DNA of 64,000 bases. It comes from Cryomorphaceae bacterium MED-G14. Its GTDB lineage: Bacteria; Bacteroidota; Bacteroidia; Flavobacteriales; Flavobacteriaceae. Location: positions 6,826 to 70,825 of the forward strand of contig NTKN01000001.1 in assembly GCA_002457715.1 (NCBI GenBank), written 5' to 3'. Positions 35,580-46,105 of this stretch are shown here, piece after piece (within the stretch, counting starts at the first letter, position 1; each line of letters begins with the position of its first letter). A model generated the notes under the pieces. The model saw nothing but the letters and a program-made list of their open reading frames with translations. It made no database searches and had not been told where the DNA came from. The position numbers and the translations under genes are program-made.

Positions 35580-36971
35580 ATGGATAAATATGATGTGATT
35601 GTTATTGGAAGTGGCCCAGGTGGATATGTAACGGCTATTAGAGCTTCTCAACTTGGTTTTAACACTGCTATAGTTGAGAAAGAAAGTCTTGGAGGTGTTT
35701 GTTTGAATTGGGGCTGTATTCCAACTAAAGCGTTACTTAAATCTGCAGAGGTTTATAATTATTTAAAAAAATCAGAAGATTATGGGATATCTGCAGAGAA
35801 TGTTTCTAGTGATTTTGATAAAGTTATAAACAGAAGTAGATCAGTTGCTGACACAATGAGTAAAGGAGTTAATTTTTTAATGAAAAAAAACAAAATTACT
35901 GTTATTAAAGGTCATGCAACTATTAATTCAGATAAAACAATAACTATTCAAGACAAAATAGATTCTTACATAATTAGTGGTTCTCATGTTATCATAGCTA
36001 CTGGTGCGAGGTCAAGAGAAATCAATAGTCTTGTTCAGAATGGAAAAAATATTATTGGATATAGAGAAGCTATGACATTAGAAAAACAACCCAAAGACTT
36101 AATTATAGTTGGTTCTGGAGCTATTGGTGTTGAATTTGCATATTTCTATAACAGTCTAGGAACTAATGTCACCTTAGTTGAATACTTGCCTAAAATTGCA
36201 CCATTAGAAGATGATGATATATCTAAAGAGTTGCAGAAAATACTAAAAAAACAAGGTGTCAAAATCATGACATCCTCAGAACTTATTGATTCAGAAGTTA
36301 TTAAAGATCAAGTTGATGTAAAAATTAAAGATCCTGATGGTGAAATAATCAATATGACAGCTGATGTAGTACTAAGTGCTGTAGGAATTAAATCAAATAT
36401 TGAAGATCTAGGATTAGAAAACTTGGATATTAAAACAGAAAAAGACAAAATACTAGTTGATGATTTTTATAAAACAAATGTTGATGGGTTTTATGCAATT
36501 GGAGATGTTGTACAAGGTCCAGCACTAGCTCATGTTGCTTCAGCTGAGGGAATCACATGTGTAGAAAAAATTAAAGGAATGAGTGTTAATCCACTTGATT
36601 ATGGAAATATTCCAGGATGTACTTATTGTAAACCTGAAATTGCTTCAGTTGGTCTTACAGAAAAACAAGCAGTAGAAAATGGTTTTGATATAAAAGTTGG
36701 TAAATTTCCATTCACTGCAAGTGGAAAAGCTCAATCTTCCGGAAATTCAGAAGGATTTGTAAAAGTTATTTTTGATTCAAAATACGGTGAGTGGTTAGGT
36801 TGTCATATGATTGGAAGTAATGTAACCGAAATGATTTCAGAAGCAGTCGTAGGTAGAAAATTAGAAACAACTGGTCATGAGATTTTAAAGGCTGTACATC
36901 CTCATCCAACATTAAGTGAGGCGGTCATGGAAGCAGTTGCAGATGCATATGATGAAGTGATTCATCTCTAA
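35580..36971 (+). CDS. lpdA: dihydrolipoyl dehydrogenase
   Basis: GSGPGGY FAD motif, redox disulfide GGVCLNWGCIPTK, and C-terminal HPHPTLSE. Confidence 0.95.
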   Translation: MDKYDVIVIGSGPGGYVTAIRASQLGFNTAIVEKESLGGVCLNWGCIPTKALLKSAEVYNYLKKSEDYGISAENVSSDFDKVINRSRSVADTMSKGVNFLMKKNKITVIKGHATINSDKTITIQDKIDSYIISGSHVIIATGARSREINSLVQNGKNIIGYREAMTLEKQPKDLIIVGSGAIGVEFAYFYNSLGTNVTLVEYLPKIAPLEDDDISKELQKILKKQGVKIMTSSELIDSEVIKDQVDVKIKDPDGEIINMTADVVLSAVGIKSNIEDLGLENLDIKTEKDKILVDDFYKTNVDGFYAIGDVVQGPALAHVASAEGITCVEKIKGMSVNPLDYGNIPGCTYCKPEIASVGLTEKQAVENGFDIKVGKFPFTASGKAQSSGNSEGFVKVIFDSKYGEWLGCHMIGSNVTEMISEAVVGRKLETTGHEILKAVHPHPTLSEAVMEAVADAYDEVIHL

Positions 36972-36976
36972 CCTAT

Positions 36977-37393
36977 CTAGTTGATAAAGCTATTTATTGC
37001 AAGATCATAACTCTTTAATCCAAACCCCATAATTATTCCTTTTGCGTGTGGTGCAATGTAAGATATATGCCTGTAATCTTCTCTTGAAATTGTATTTGAG
37101 ATATGAACTTCAATTAATGGAGCTTTTATGGATCTAACGGCATCAGCAATTCCAACCGAGGTATGTGTATAGGCTGCAGCATTTAAAACAATACCGTCAA
37201 AATCAAATCCAATTTCTTGTATTTTATTAATTATTTCACCCTCAATATTTGATTGAAAATAATGTAAATCAATATTAGGGAAGTTTGTCTTAAGTTCATC
37301 AAGATAAGTTTCAAAACTAATATCACCATAAACATCTTTCTCTCTTAAACCAAGTAGATTTAAATTAGGCCCATTTATTATTTGTATTTTCAT
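36977..37393 (-). CDS. aroQ: type II 3-dehydroquinate dehydratase
   Basis: INGPNLNLLGLREKDVYG and NAAAYTHTSVGI. 138 aa. Confidence 0.95.
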   Translation of the reverse strand: MKIQIINGPNLNLLGLREKDVYGDISFETYLDELKTNFPNIDLHYFQSNIEGEIINKIQEIGFDFDGIVLNAAAYTHTSVGIADAVRSIKAPLIEVHISNTISREDYRHISYIAPHAKGIIMGFGLKSYDLAINSFIN

Positions 37394-37433
37394 ATATTAT
37401 AGTTCTGAAATTGTAAAAATATCACTATTTGGT

Positions 37434-38333
37434 ATGAATTGGCAATCATTAATCAAAGATTTTAAAAATTTTTTAAAATTTGAAAAAAATTTAACTGAAA
37501 ATACGATACAAAGCTATGTTCTTGACATAAAAAAATTAATTGATTTTATAGAGGATAGCTATATAAATAAAAAAGCAGATGATATCACGAATAATGATAT
37601 TAAACAATTTATATATACCCAATCTAAGATAATTGGAACAAGAAGTCAGTCAAGATTAATTTCTTCAATAAAAAAATTTTTTCATTTTCTGGAAATAGAG
37701 AAACTAATAGAGGAAAACCCAACTGATGAATTAGAATATCCTAAAATCGGATTAAAAATTCCTGAAACTTTAACCACAATTGAAATTGACAGTCTTATAA
37801 ATTATTTCAAAAATTCAAAAAATAATAGTTTAAGAAATTCGACAATTACTGAAGTTTTATACAGTTGTGGAGTTAGAGTATCAGAACTAATCAATATAAA
37901 AATATCTGATATTTTTTTTGAAGATTTCTTAATTAAAGTTAACGGAAAAGGAAATAAGGAAAGGTTTGTTCCTATGAGTAAATTATCAAAAATTATGATA
38001 AAGGATTACATAAGCTCAGAAAGATTCAATATAATTCCAAAAAAAGGATATCAAGATTTTTTATTTCTTAATAACAGAGGGCAAAGCCTAACAAGAGTAA
38101 TGATATATACAATTTTAAATATTGCAAAAAAGGGATTAGGTTTTAAAAAGAAAATTAGCCCTCATTTACTTAGACACTCTTTTGCAACTCATTTAATTGA
38201 AAACGGAGCTGATATTTCGAGTATTCAAAAGATGTTAGGACATACCAACATAACAACCACCGAAAGGTATTTACATGTAAGTAAGAAACATCTGATTGAA
38301 ACAATTAAAAAATATCATCCAAAGAATATTTAG
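37434..38333 (+). CDS. xerD: site-specific tyrosine recombinase XerD
   Basis: HLLRHSFATHL and LGHTNITTTERYLH (catalytic Tyr). There is an N-terminal SAM-like core-binding domain. The neighbours are housekeeping genes. Confidence 0.88.
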   Translation: MNWQSLIKDFKNFLKFEKNLTENTIQSYVLDIKKLIDFIEDSYINKKADDITNNDIKQFIYTQSKIIGTRSQSRLISSIKKFFHFLEIEKLIEENPTDELEYPKIGLKIPETLTTIEIDSLINYFKNSKNNSLRNSTITEVLYSCGVRVSELINIKISDIFFEDFLIKVNGKGNKERFVPMSKLSKIMIKDYISSERFNIIPKKGYQDFLFLNNRGQSLTRVMIYTILNIAKKGLGFKKKISPHLLRHSFATHLIENGADISSIQKMLGHTNITTTERYLHVSKKHLIETIKKYHPKNI

Positions 38334-39028
38334 ACATTCATTTTAAAACCTTTTCCATGGATATTAACTATTGAAATATTTGGATCTTTTTTTAAATATT
38401 TTCTAATTTTTGTAACATATACATCCATGCTTCGAGATGTAAAATAATTATCATCATTCCAAATTTTAACCAGAGCTTCTTCTCTTGAGGTCAGATCATT
38501 CAGATTTTGTAAAAGTAAATTTAAAAGCTTTGACTCTTTAGGGGACAATGTTATTCTTCCTTCTTCTTTATATTGTAATGTTCTAAATTTGGAATTAAAA
38601 ACAAAATCAGAAAAAGTATACAAAGTTTTTGATTCTTTTGAATCATTTTCAACAAACTTTCTCTTAAAGATTGATTTAATTTTAAGTAAAAGAACCTCTG
38701 AATCAAAAGGTTTAACCAGATAATCATCTGCTCCTGTTTTAAAACCTTTGATAATATCCTCTTTTAATGATTTTGCAGTAAGAAATATGATTGGGACATT
38801 TTGATCGATAGATCTTATTTCTTCAGCTAATGTAAAACCATCTTTATATGGCATCATGACATCTAGAATACACATATCGAATGAATGTTTTTTAAATTTT
38901 TTAAGACCATCAACCCCATTTCTAGTTAAAATGGTATTGTAGGAATGAAGTTTTAAATAATCATTCAAAATAGATCCAAAGTTAAGGTCATCTTCAACTA
39001 AGAGTATATTTTTCTTCATTGATATCAA
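38330..39028 (-). CDS. OmpR/PhoB-type response regulator (RprY-like)
   Basis: Receiver domain LLVEDD, ILDVMMP (phospho-Asp) and LVKPF, plus a C-terminal winged helix. The start could instead be Met4 at 39019. Confidence 0.9.
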   Translation of the reverse strand: MISMKKNILLVEDDLNFGSILNDYLKLHSYNTILTRNGVDGLKKFKKHSFDMCILDVMMPYKDGFTLAEEIRSIDQNVPIIFLTAKSLKEDIIKGFKTGADDYLVKPFDSEVLLLKIKSIFKRKFVENDSKESKTLYTFSDFVFNSKFRTLQYKEEGRITLSPKESKLLNLLLQNLNDLTSREEALVKIWNDDNYFTSRSMDVYVTKIRKYLKKDPNISIVNIHGKGFKMNV

Positions 39029-40592
39029 GTACTATATTAAAAGTTGTACCTACGTTTAACTCACTATCAACAGAAATCATGCCACCATGTAAGTCAATAA
39101 TTTTCTTGACATATGATAATCCTAAACCATGACCTTTTACATTATGAATATTACCTTTCGTTTGTCTGTAAAAATTATCAAATATTTTAGATTTAACAAT
39201 CTTTGACATTCCAATACCTTTATCTGAAATACTAATTATTATTTTATTTTTTTTTTGAAGAGTTTTAATATTTATGTCTGGACTATTTAAAGAATATTTA
39301 ATTGAATTTTCCAAAATATTAACAAAAACATTTAGCATCTCAGATTTAGCTAGTAATATCTTTGGTAAATTATCACTATAGTCCCTGAAAATGCTTCCAC
39401 CACTATTTTTAAGAAGTAAATCAACACTTTTTATTGATTTATCAATGACAGTATGAATATTAACAATCTCTTTATTTAAATCTATTTTTTTATTTTTAAG
39501 TTGAGATATTTTCAGTACATTTTCTACCTGAAAATTCATTCTTTTATTTTCTTCGTCAATTACATCTAAGTATTTTTTTACCAATTCAAAATTATTCTGG
39601 ACCTTTTCATTTTTAACAGCATTAATTGCTAAATCTATGGTTGCTATTGGTGTTTTAAACTCATGAGTCATATTATTTATAAAATCTGTTTTCATTTCTG
39701 AGATATTCTTCTGCTTTATTGAACTAAATATGGTTACCGAAAAAGAAATAATAATAATTAATGTGAATACTACAGATAAAATAATTAAAAAAGAAATAGA
39801 AGATCTGACATAAGATGTTCTGTTAGGAAAACCCACTACAAGAGAGTATGTAGATTCTCCTTTATCATTTTGAAATAATGGCATTGAATACTTTTCAATA
39901 TTTTCAAGGTTAGTATATCTGTCAGATCCAACTTTTGTAGCTAACTGACCGTCAAATATTCGATAATCATAGTCAAGGTCTAAATCTCTCAATTTAAACT
40001 CCGTTTGAAGTAATAATTCTATCTCAACATTATTGACTCTCTTGTGAATAGGTTTTAAATTGGCTAAATCACTAAAGACTGATTCGTATTTAGCTCTATC
40101 AATTAAAGACATTTTTTCAACTCTTTGAAGTCTTTCAATTGAACTCATATTTTGCATTTCTCTATCAAAAGCATCATCAATTATTGTTGTAGTTTTAAGA
40201 CTCTTATAATCTAATATTGATGTTGAGTCATTATTTTCTGGTTCTAATAAACTTGCAGTAATATTATAATCTTCCTCTAATATACCTTGTGAATAAACAA
40301 AAGTTTGATTTGTATTTTGATTTCTGTTTATATATTGAAAAACTGATGTTAATTGTGATTCTTTTGGTTCACCTATGCTATCAATTAATTTTTGGTAGAC
40401 AGCTATATAGTCCCTCATTTCCCTGTCCTTTATTATTTCAGTGACTGATTTTAAAGCTTGGTTTACATTTATTGAAAATTGTCTTTCGTTATTATCAATC
40501 GTGGTTTTAATCCAAAAACTTTGAACCAAAATAATTCCAATTAACGCAACAAACATTAACAGAATAAGAAGGAAATACTTATTTTTTTTCAT
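38994..40592 (-). CDS. sensor histidine kinase with a ~230-aa periplasmic domain
   Basis: Two TM segments. H-box MTHEFKTPIATI, N-box NILENSIKYS, and G-boxes DKGIGM and GHGLGLS. Confidence 0.9.
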   Translation of the reverse strand: MKKNKYFLLILLMFVALIGIILVQSFWIKTTIDNNERQFSINVNQALKSVTEIIKDREMRDYIAVYQKLIDSIGEPKESQLTSVFQYINRNQNTNQTFVYSQGILEEDYNITASLLEPENNDSTSILDYKSLKTTTIIDDAFDREMQNMSSIERLQRVEKMSLIDRAKYESVFSDLANLKPIHKRVNNVEIELLLQTEFKLRDLDLDYDYRIFDGQLATKVGSDRYTNLENIEKYSMPLFQNDKGESTYSLVVGFPNRTSYVRSSISFLIILSVVFTLIIIISFSVTIFSSIKQKNISEMKTDFINNMTHEFKTPIATIDLAINAVKNEKVQNNFELVKKYLDVIDEENKRMNFQVENVLKISQLKNKKIDLNKEIVNIHTVIDKSIKSVDLLLKNSGGSIFRDYSDNLPKILLAKSEMLNVFVNILENSIKYSLNSPDINIKTLQKKNKIIISISDKGIGMSKIVKSKIFDNFYRQTKGNIHNVKGHGLGLSYVKKIIDLHGGMISVDSELNVGTTFNIVLDINEEKYTLS

Positions 40593-41172
40593 CAGCTAAA
40601 ATTATATTTTCAATAATTTCAATTGTAATTCTTTTAGTTTCTAGCTTATCAATATTCTCAATATGAAAATTTGCTAAATCTATTTTTTTTTTATAATCTA
40701 TCTGAGAATTAATTCTATTTTTGACTTCTTCAAATTCTAAATTATCTCTGGCGATGATTCTCTCTATACTAATATTTTCAGGGCAAGTTATTAAAATATT
40801 ATAATCATTTTTCTTAAAGTTATCATAATCAAATAGTAATGCTGATTCATAAACTGTATTACAATTAGAATTTATCTTTAAAAAATCATTGTAGTTTTCA
40901 AAAACTTGTGGATGAACAATTTTATTAATTTTATCTAGTTTTTTATAATTTGAAAAAATAATATCAGAAATGTATTTAGTATTTAAAATATTATCAATGT
41001 ATGAAAGCTCACCAAATTCAGATATTATTGATCTCTTTACATTTTGATTTTTATTTAAAATATTCTTTGCCTCTAAATCAGAATTATAAATTTTAAAATT
41101 GTAGTCTTTGAAAATTGAACACACAAAGGATTTGCCTGAACCGATACCTCCAGTAATACCAATTCTCATCAT
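40579..41172 (-). CDS. coaE: dephospho-CoA kinase
   Basis: P-loop IGITGGIGSGKS directly after the start. The start is set at Met12 of the track ORF to avoid running into fabI. Confidence 0.85.
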   Translation of the reverse strand: MMRIGITGGIGSGKSFVCSIFKDYNFKIYNSDLEAKNILNKNQNVKRSIISEFGELSYIDNILNTKYISDIIFSNYKKLDKINKIVHPQVFENYNDFLKINSNCNTVYESALLFDYDNFKKNDYNILITCPENISIERIIARDNLEFEEVKNRINSQIDYKKKIDLANFHIENIDKLETKRITIEIIENIILADEKK

Positions 41173-41179
41173 TAAAAAA

Positions 41180-41998
41180 TTAAGATTTATTAGATATAAT
41201 ATCAATTATTTCCTGGCTAACACCTACATTACTGAAGCCTCCATCATGAAATAGATTTTGTAAAGTAACTTTTTTTGTTAAATCTGAAAAAAGTGTAATG
41301 GTATAATCTGCACATTCGTCAGCAGATGCATTTCCTAAAGGAGACATTTTTTCAGCATAATTTAAAAAACCATCGAAGCCAGTTACTCCTTTACCAGCTG
41401 TAGTAGGAGTCGGTGACTGACTAATTGTGTTAACTCTAACTTTCTTTTCCTTACCAAAAAAATATCCAAAACTTCTAGCAATTGACTCTAAATACGCTTT
41501 GTTATCAGCCATATCATTGTAGTTTGGAAATACTCTTTGAGCTGCCATATAAGAAAGAGCAACTATACTTCCCCACTCGTTCATTGCATCCATTTTATAT
41601 AGACTTTGTAATAATTTATGAAATGAGGCTGCGGAAACATCCCAACCTTTAGTTAACCAGTCATGATTCAAATCAGTATAATGTTTGCCTTTTCTAACAT
41701 TTACTGACATACCAATTGAATGTAATACAAAATCAATTTTATTATTAAAATGATTTAAGGTTTTTTCAATTAGATTTTCTAAATCTTCAACTCTAGTAGC
41801 ATCAGCCGGAATGGCTAATGAACTTGTTTGTTTTGCTAAATCATTAATGGTACCCATCCTCATGGATACAGGTGCGTTAGTCAAAACAAATTCACCACCT
41901 TGCTCATTGACTTTTAAAGCAGTTTTCCATGCAATTGAATTTTCATCTAGGGCACCGAAAATAATACCCTTTTTACCTTTTAATAAATTATTACTCAT
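41180..41998 (-). CDS. fabI: enoyl-[acyl-carrier-protein] reductase FabI
   Basis: GKKGIIFGALDENSIAW and the SYMAAQRVFPNYNDMADNKA Tyr/Lys region. 272 aa. Confidence 0.9.
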   Translation of the reverse strand: MSNNLLKGKKGIIFGALDENSIAWKTALKVNEQGGEFVLTNAPVSMRMGTINDLAKQTSSLAIPADATRVEDLENLIEKTLNHFNNKIDFVLHSIGMSVNVRKGKHYTDLNHDWLTKGWDVSAASFHKLLQSLYKMDAMNEWGSIVALSYMAAQRVFPNYNDMADNKAYLESIARSFGYFFGKEKKVRVNTISQSPTPTTAGKGVTGFDGFLNYAEKMSPLGNASADECADYTITLFSDLTKKVTLQNLFHDGGFSNVGVSQEIIDIISNKS

Positions 41999-42023
41999 AA
42001 TTCAATTTTTTTTTTAAATATAA

Positions 42024-43676
42024 TTATTTAAGAAGTTCTTCAGCTTGATTTAAAGCAGAATTAGTTATTTTTTTTCCAGATATCATACTAGCAATTTCAG
42101 AAACTCTTTCTTTTTGTGAAAGCTCAACAATACTAGTTGTAGATTTACCATTATCATTTAATTTCATGACTTTAAAATGATAATCTCCTTTAGATGCAAC
42201 TTGAGCAAGATGAGTAATTGATAGAATCTGAACCTTCTTGCTCATTTCTTTCATCAAAAATCCAATAGATTCAGCAATTTCACCACTAGTTCCAGCATCA
42301 ATCTCATCAAATATGATTGTAGGTAAACTGTTCTTTTTTGCAAATACTGATTTTATAGCTAATAATATTCTTGATTTTTCGCCACCAGAAGCAATTTTTG
42401 CTAAAGGTTTCAATTCGATTTTTTCTCCAGGCGAGTATAAAACATTAAGGTTATCAATTCCAAAACTATTTAACTTTTCTTCTTTAATAAATTCAAATCT
42501 TATCAAACATCCATTTAGAGATAATAAAGAAAATATTTTTTCTATTTCGTTTTGAAGACCATCAGCAGTTTTTAACCTATTACTATGTATTTGATTAGCA
42601 TATCTAGTCAATTCCTTTTCAATATTTAATATTTCTAAATTAAGTTTATCTATTTCACTATCAATATTATCGATACTATTTACTTCATTATTTAATTTAT
42701 TTTTAATTTCAATTAATTGACTTATCGAATTAACATTATGCTTATTTTCTAATTCCTGTATTTTAAATAGTCTAGACTGAATTTTATCAAATTTTTCAGA
42801 ATCAAATGATAATTGTTCAGAATGAGAGGAAATAAATTCAATAATGTCTGTAGTTTCTAAAAAAACTTTTTCGAACCTTGAACTAATATCTTTAAATTGT
42901 AAAGAAAAATCAGAAATTTTTTTTAAAATATTAGAGACCGTAGTTAATTTTTCAATTAAATTACTGTTTTGACCACCAATCAAGATGTTTAATTCATCAA
43001 AACTTGATTGAATTTTTTCATAATTTTTTAACGAGTTATATTCATTTTGTAATTTTTCTTTTTCATTTAAAGCCAAATTTAATGTCTTAATCTCATTTAA
43101 TTGAAACAAATTATAATCATAATCTTTAACTCTATTTTTTTTCTTTTCTATTAAAATATTATAATCTACTTTTTTTTGATTGAATTGATTGAACTTTTTT
43201 TTAAATTCAAAAACTTTCTTTTCCTGATTTGCAAAAAAATCAATGAAATTGTAAAAAAAAGATTTATAAGAAAGAATGTCATTTTGATTCTGACTATGAA
43301 TATCAATTAAATATGAACTAATTCTCTTTAATATTTCAATTTTTACTGGTGTATCATTTATGAAAGCTCTGGATTTTCCATTTCTTAAAATTTCTCTTCT
43401 TATTATGGTATCTGTACTATAATCGAGATCATTATGTATAAAAAAGTTTTTAAGATTATAATCAGAAATATTAAATATTGCCTCAATAGTACATTTATCT
43501 TTTTTTGGCCCAATAATTTTGTGATCAATTCTGTTTCCTAAAAGTTGATTAATTGCTCCTAATAAAATTGATTTTCCTGAACCTGTTTCTCCTGTGATTG
43601 TGGAAAGACCATCATTAAATTCAATAGATAATTCATCTATCAAAATATAATTTCTTATTTCTAATTTTTGTAGCAA
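42024..43676 (-). CDS. recN: DNA repair protein RecN
   Basis: Walker A GETGSGKSILL, a long coiled-coil middle, the SGGEKSR signature and FDEIDAG Walker B. Confidence 0.95.
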   Translation of the reverse strand: MLQKLEIRNYILIDELSIEFNDGLSTITGETGSGKSILLGAINQLLGNRIDHKIIGPKKDKCTIEAIFNISDYNLKNFFIHNDLDYSTDTIIRREILRNGKSRAFINDTPVKIEILKRISSYLIDIHSQNQNDILSYKSFFYNFIDFFANQEKKVFEFKKKFNQFNQKKVDYNILIEKKKNRVKDYDYNLFQLNEIKTLNLALNEKEKLQNEYNSLKNYEKIQSSFDELNILIGGQNSNLIEKLTTVSNILKKISDFSLQFKDISSRFEKVFLETTDIIEFISSHSEQLSFDSEKFDKIQSRLFKIQELENKHNVNSISQLIEIKNKLNNEVNSIDNIDSEIDKLNLEILNIEKELTRYANQIHSNRLKTADGLQNEIEKIFSLLSLNGCLIRFEFIKEEKLNSFGIDNLNVLYSPGEKIELKPLAKIASGGEKSRILLAIKSVFAKKNSLPTIIFDEIDAGTSGEIAESIGFLMKEMSKKVQILSITHLAQVASKGDYHFKVMKLNDNGKSTTSIVELSQKERVSEIASMISGKKITNSALNQAEELLK

Positions 43677-43685
43677 TACTAAAAT

Positions 43686-44606
43686 TTAAAGTTTATTCCA
43701 TTTACTTGAGTAAAATGGAGCTATTTTATTTAAAATTAATTTAATTTCTTCAATATTAATGATATCTAAATCATTATTGAAAATATTATAAATCTCATTA
43801 TTTTTTGATTGAAAAAATATTTCTTTCAAAATTGAATTTGGTCGATATCTATCTATTTTGGAGAATAATTCTATAGTTGTTTTGATATTTGAGATCCCTT
43901 TTTCTTTGTCTGAAACCATCAAATCAATTCCATTTCTATAATAGTTATAATTTATTTTCTTAATTACATCATAATTATTTGAAATTAAATTATCTACTAA
44001 CCAATATTTATTAATTCTACCACCATTGTGAGATGAACTCCATGTTGAGCTAATTGAAAGATTAAATGCCTTATCAAGAATTTCTTTAGCTTCTTTATAT
44101 GAGTTAGCACCTGAATTTTCTTTAAAGGAATCCATATCATAGCCTATTATAATCATTGAATAAAATGATAAAAGAGAAGATAAATCACTTGTAAATCTAG
44201 AATCAGAATAAATAATGGGTTCATTAGATTGATATTTAAATTTAATTCCAATGTCTCTAAATAAAAAATTTGAAGATTTATAACTTGAATTAAACCCTTG
44301 TCTTAATGAATTAATATCAAGGTTAACATTAAATTCATTGTTTTCATAACTATTAATAGTAAATATAAAACTACAGTCTATTTTTTGAATTAAACTATAA
44401 GAATCGCTTGAAAATCTATTAGAATTAAGAAACTGATAAACTGAACTTTGAAAATCATTAAAAACTTGTTTATCAGTTTGATTAACCAAATTAGAGTTAA
44501 CAATAACTTCTGCATTTAATTCCTGAGAGAATGACTTATAAAATGAAAGAAATAATAATATATTATAAATTAAGAATTTCATTAAGTATTTCTTCAGAAA
44601 TTTCAT
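43686..44606 (-). CDS. DUF4835-family secreted protein (family now linked to type IX secretion, from memory)
   Basis: Signal peptide, then ELNAEVIVNS..VFNDFQSSVYQFLN..YWLVDNLISNNY. This matches my memory of DUF4835, which sits between coaBC and recN in flavobacteria. Confidence 0.7.
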   Translation of the reverse strand: MKFLKKYLMKFLIYNILLFLSFYKSFSQELNAEVIVNSNLVNQTDKQVFNDFQSSVYQFLNSNRFSSDSYSLIQKIDCSFIFTINSYENNEFNVNLDINSLRQGFNSSYKSSNFLFRDIGIKFKYQSNEPIIYSDSRFTSDLSSLLSFYSMIIIGYDMDSFKENSGANSYKEAKEILDKAFNLSISSTWSSSHNGGRINKYWLVDNLISNNYDVIKKINYNYYRNGIDLMVSDKEKGISNIKTTIELFSKIDRYRPNSILKEIFFQSKNNEIYNIFNNDLDIINIEEIKLILNKIAPFYSSKWNKL

Positions 44607-45768
44607 CTTTAGATTTTAGGCTAAATTCAGTTGATTTAGTTTTAGTAATAAATGTAACTTGATTTGTGTCAAAATCAAAACCTGCACCATTGTGATTTAA
44701 TGAATTCATCACAACAGCATCTAACTTTTTTCTAACCAACTTAGATTTAGCATTTTCGAATTCGTTATTTGTTTCCAACGCAAAGCCAATTATTTTTTGA
44801 TTCTTATTTTTCATTTTAGCTAAATGAGAAATAATATCCTTATTAGGAGCTAAATTTAAATTAAGATTTGAGTGATTATCTTTCTTAATTTTTTCTTTAT
44901 TTATATTTTCTGGCTTATAATCAGATACTGCAGCAGACATTATGCAAATGTCTACATTCGGAAAAATATCAACACATTCATCAAACATTTCATCAGCAGA
45001 AACTATTTTTTTAATTTCAATATCAAATCCTTTTACACTTTCATTTGAAGGTCCTGATATTAAAAAAACCTTTGCTCCCAACTCTGAAGCTTTTTTTGCT
45101 AAACTGAAACCCATTTTACCGCTAGAAAAATTACCAATAAACCTTACTGGATCAATCATTTCATAAGTTGGACCTGCGGTAATAAGAATTTTTTTTTCAA
45201 AAAAAACTAATTCTTTTTTTACTGTATTTTTAAAAAATTCGATAATTAATTCAGGTTCTTCTAACCTACCCTTTCCATGCATTCCACTAGCAAGATAACC
45301 AGAGGCTGGTTCAATAAAATAATGACCTCTATCTTTTAAAATTTCAATATTTTTCTGATTTGAATCATCTTTATACATTTCTAGATCCATTGCAGGAGCA
45401 AAAAAAACTTTGGATTTATATGACATATATGTTGCTACAAGTAAATTATCAGCATTTCCAGTAACCAATTTAGAAAGAGTTGATGATGTTGCTGGAGAAA
45501 TAATAAAATAATTAGCCCATTCAGCAAGTTCTACATGATTATTCCATGTCTTTTCATCTTCATTTTCTTCAACAAAATTTACGTAGGTTTGATTTTCTGA
45601 AAGTGTAGAAAAAGTAAGTGGTGTAACAAAATCTAAAGCACTTTTAGTTAAAATTACCTTAACATTGCACTCTTCTTTTTTTAATAATCTAAGTAATAGA
45701 ATGGATTTGTAAGCTGCAATACTTCCTGAAACCCCTAATAGGACATTTTTACCATTAAGGAAAGACAT
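44563..45768 (-). CDS. coaBC: bifunctional phosphopantothenoylcysteine decarboxylase / phosphopantothenate-cysteine ligase
   Basis: The N-terminal flavoprotein part has GVSGSIAAYK, and the C-terminal part has ITAGPTYEMIDPVRFIGNFSSGKMG. 401 aa. Confidence 0.95.
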   Translation of the reverse strand: MSFLNGKNVLLGVSGSIAAYKSILLLRLLKKEECNVKVILTKSALDFVTPLTFSTLSENQTYVNFVEENEDEKTWNNHVELAEWANYFIISPATSSTLSKLVTGNADNLLVATYMSYKSKVFFAPAMDLEMYKDDSNQKNIEILKDRGHYFIEPASGYLASGMHGKGRLEEPELIIEFFKNTVKKELVFFEKKILITAGPTYEMIDPVRFIGNFSSGKMGFSLAKKASELGAKVFLISGPSNESVKGFDIEIKKIVSADEMFDECVDIFPNVDICIMSAAVSDYKPENINKEKIKKDNHSNLNLNLAPNKDIISHLAKMKNKNQKIIGFALETNNEFENAKSKLVRKKLDAVVMNSLNHNGAGFDFDTNQVTFITKTKSTEFSLKSKDEISEEILNEILNL

Positions 45769-45774
45769 TACAAA

Positions 45775-46095
45775 CTACTTATTTTCAGGTTTTCTGTAGT
45801 AGATTTTTTCCGAAAGCCAATTATCAATAGCAATTGCATGAGCTTTTGGAAGTCTTTCATAAAACTTTGAAACTTCAATTTGCTCTTTATTTTCAAAAAT
45901 TTCCTCAAGATTTTCACTTGGCGTTGCAAATTCTTCTAACTTATTAATTAGTTCTTTTTTAATATCCTCATTTATTTGAATAGTCCTTTTGGAAATAATA
46001 GAAATAGCTTTGTAAATATTATCAGTAGTTTCATCAATCTTATCTCTATCGTAAGTAACAGTTGTTGTAGGTGCATTAACTTTTTTAAAATCCAT
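45775..46095 (-). CDS. rpoZ: DNA-directed RNA polymerase subunit omega (long flavobacterial form)
   Basis: NIYKAISIISKRTIQIN and EQIEVSKFYERLPKAHAIAI match the Bacteroidota omega pattern as I remember it. Its position between bamD and coaBC fits. The start is set at Met9 of the track ORF. Confidence 0.8.
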   Translation of the reverse strand: MDFKKVNAPTTTVTYDRDKIDETTDNIYKAISIISKRTIQINEDIKKELINKLEEFATPSENLEEIFENKEQIEVSKFYERLPKAHAIAIDNWLSEKIYYRKPENK

Positions 46096-46105
46096 GAAAT
46101 TAGTT

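Noticed and set aside
37434-38333. xerD was considered as the integrase of an integrated element.
   Set aside because: It has the full XerD-type catalytic signature and size. It is flanked by aroQ and a two-component system with no repeats, tRNA or cargo genes. Its 3' end overlaps the neighbouring gene by 4 nt, like the rest of the core genome.
42238-42555. A 105-aa ORF lies antisense to recN.
   Set aside because: It is embedded in the recN ATPase C-terminal region. The sequence is not protein-like, and this is a typical shadow ORF for an AT-rich genome.
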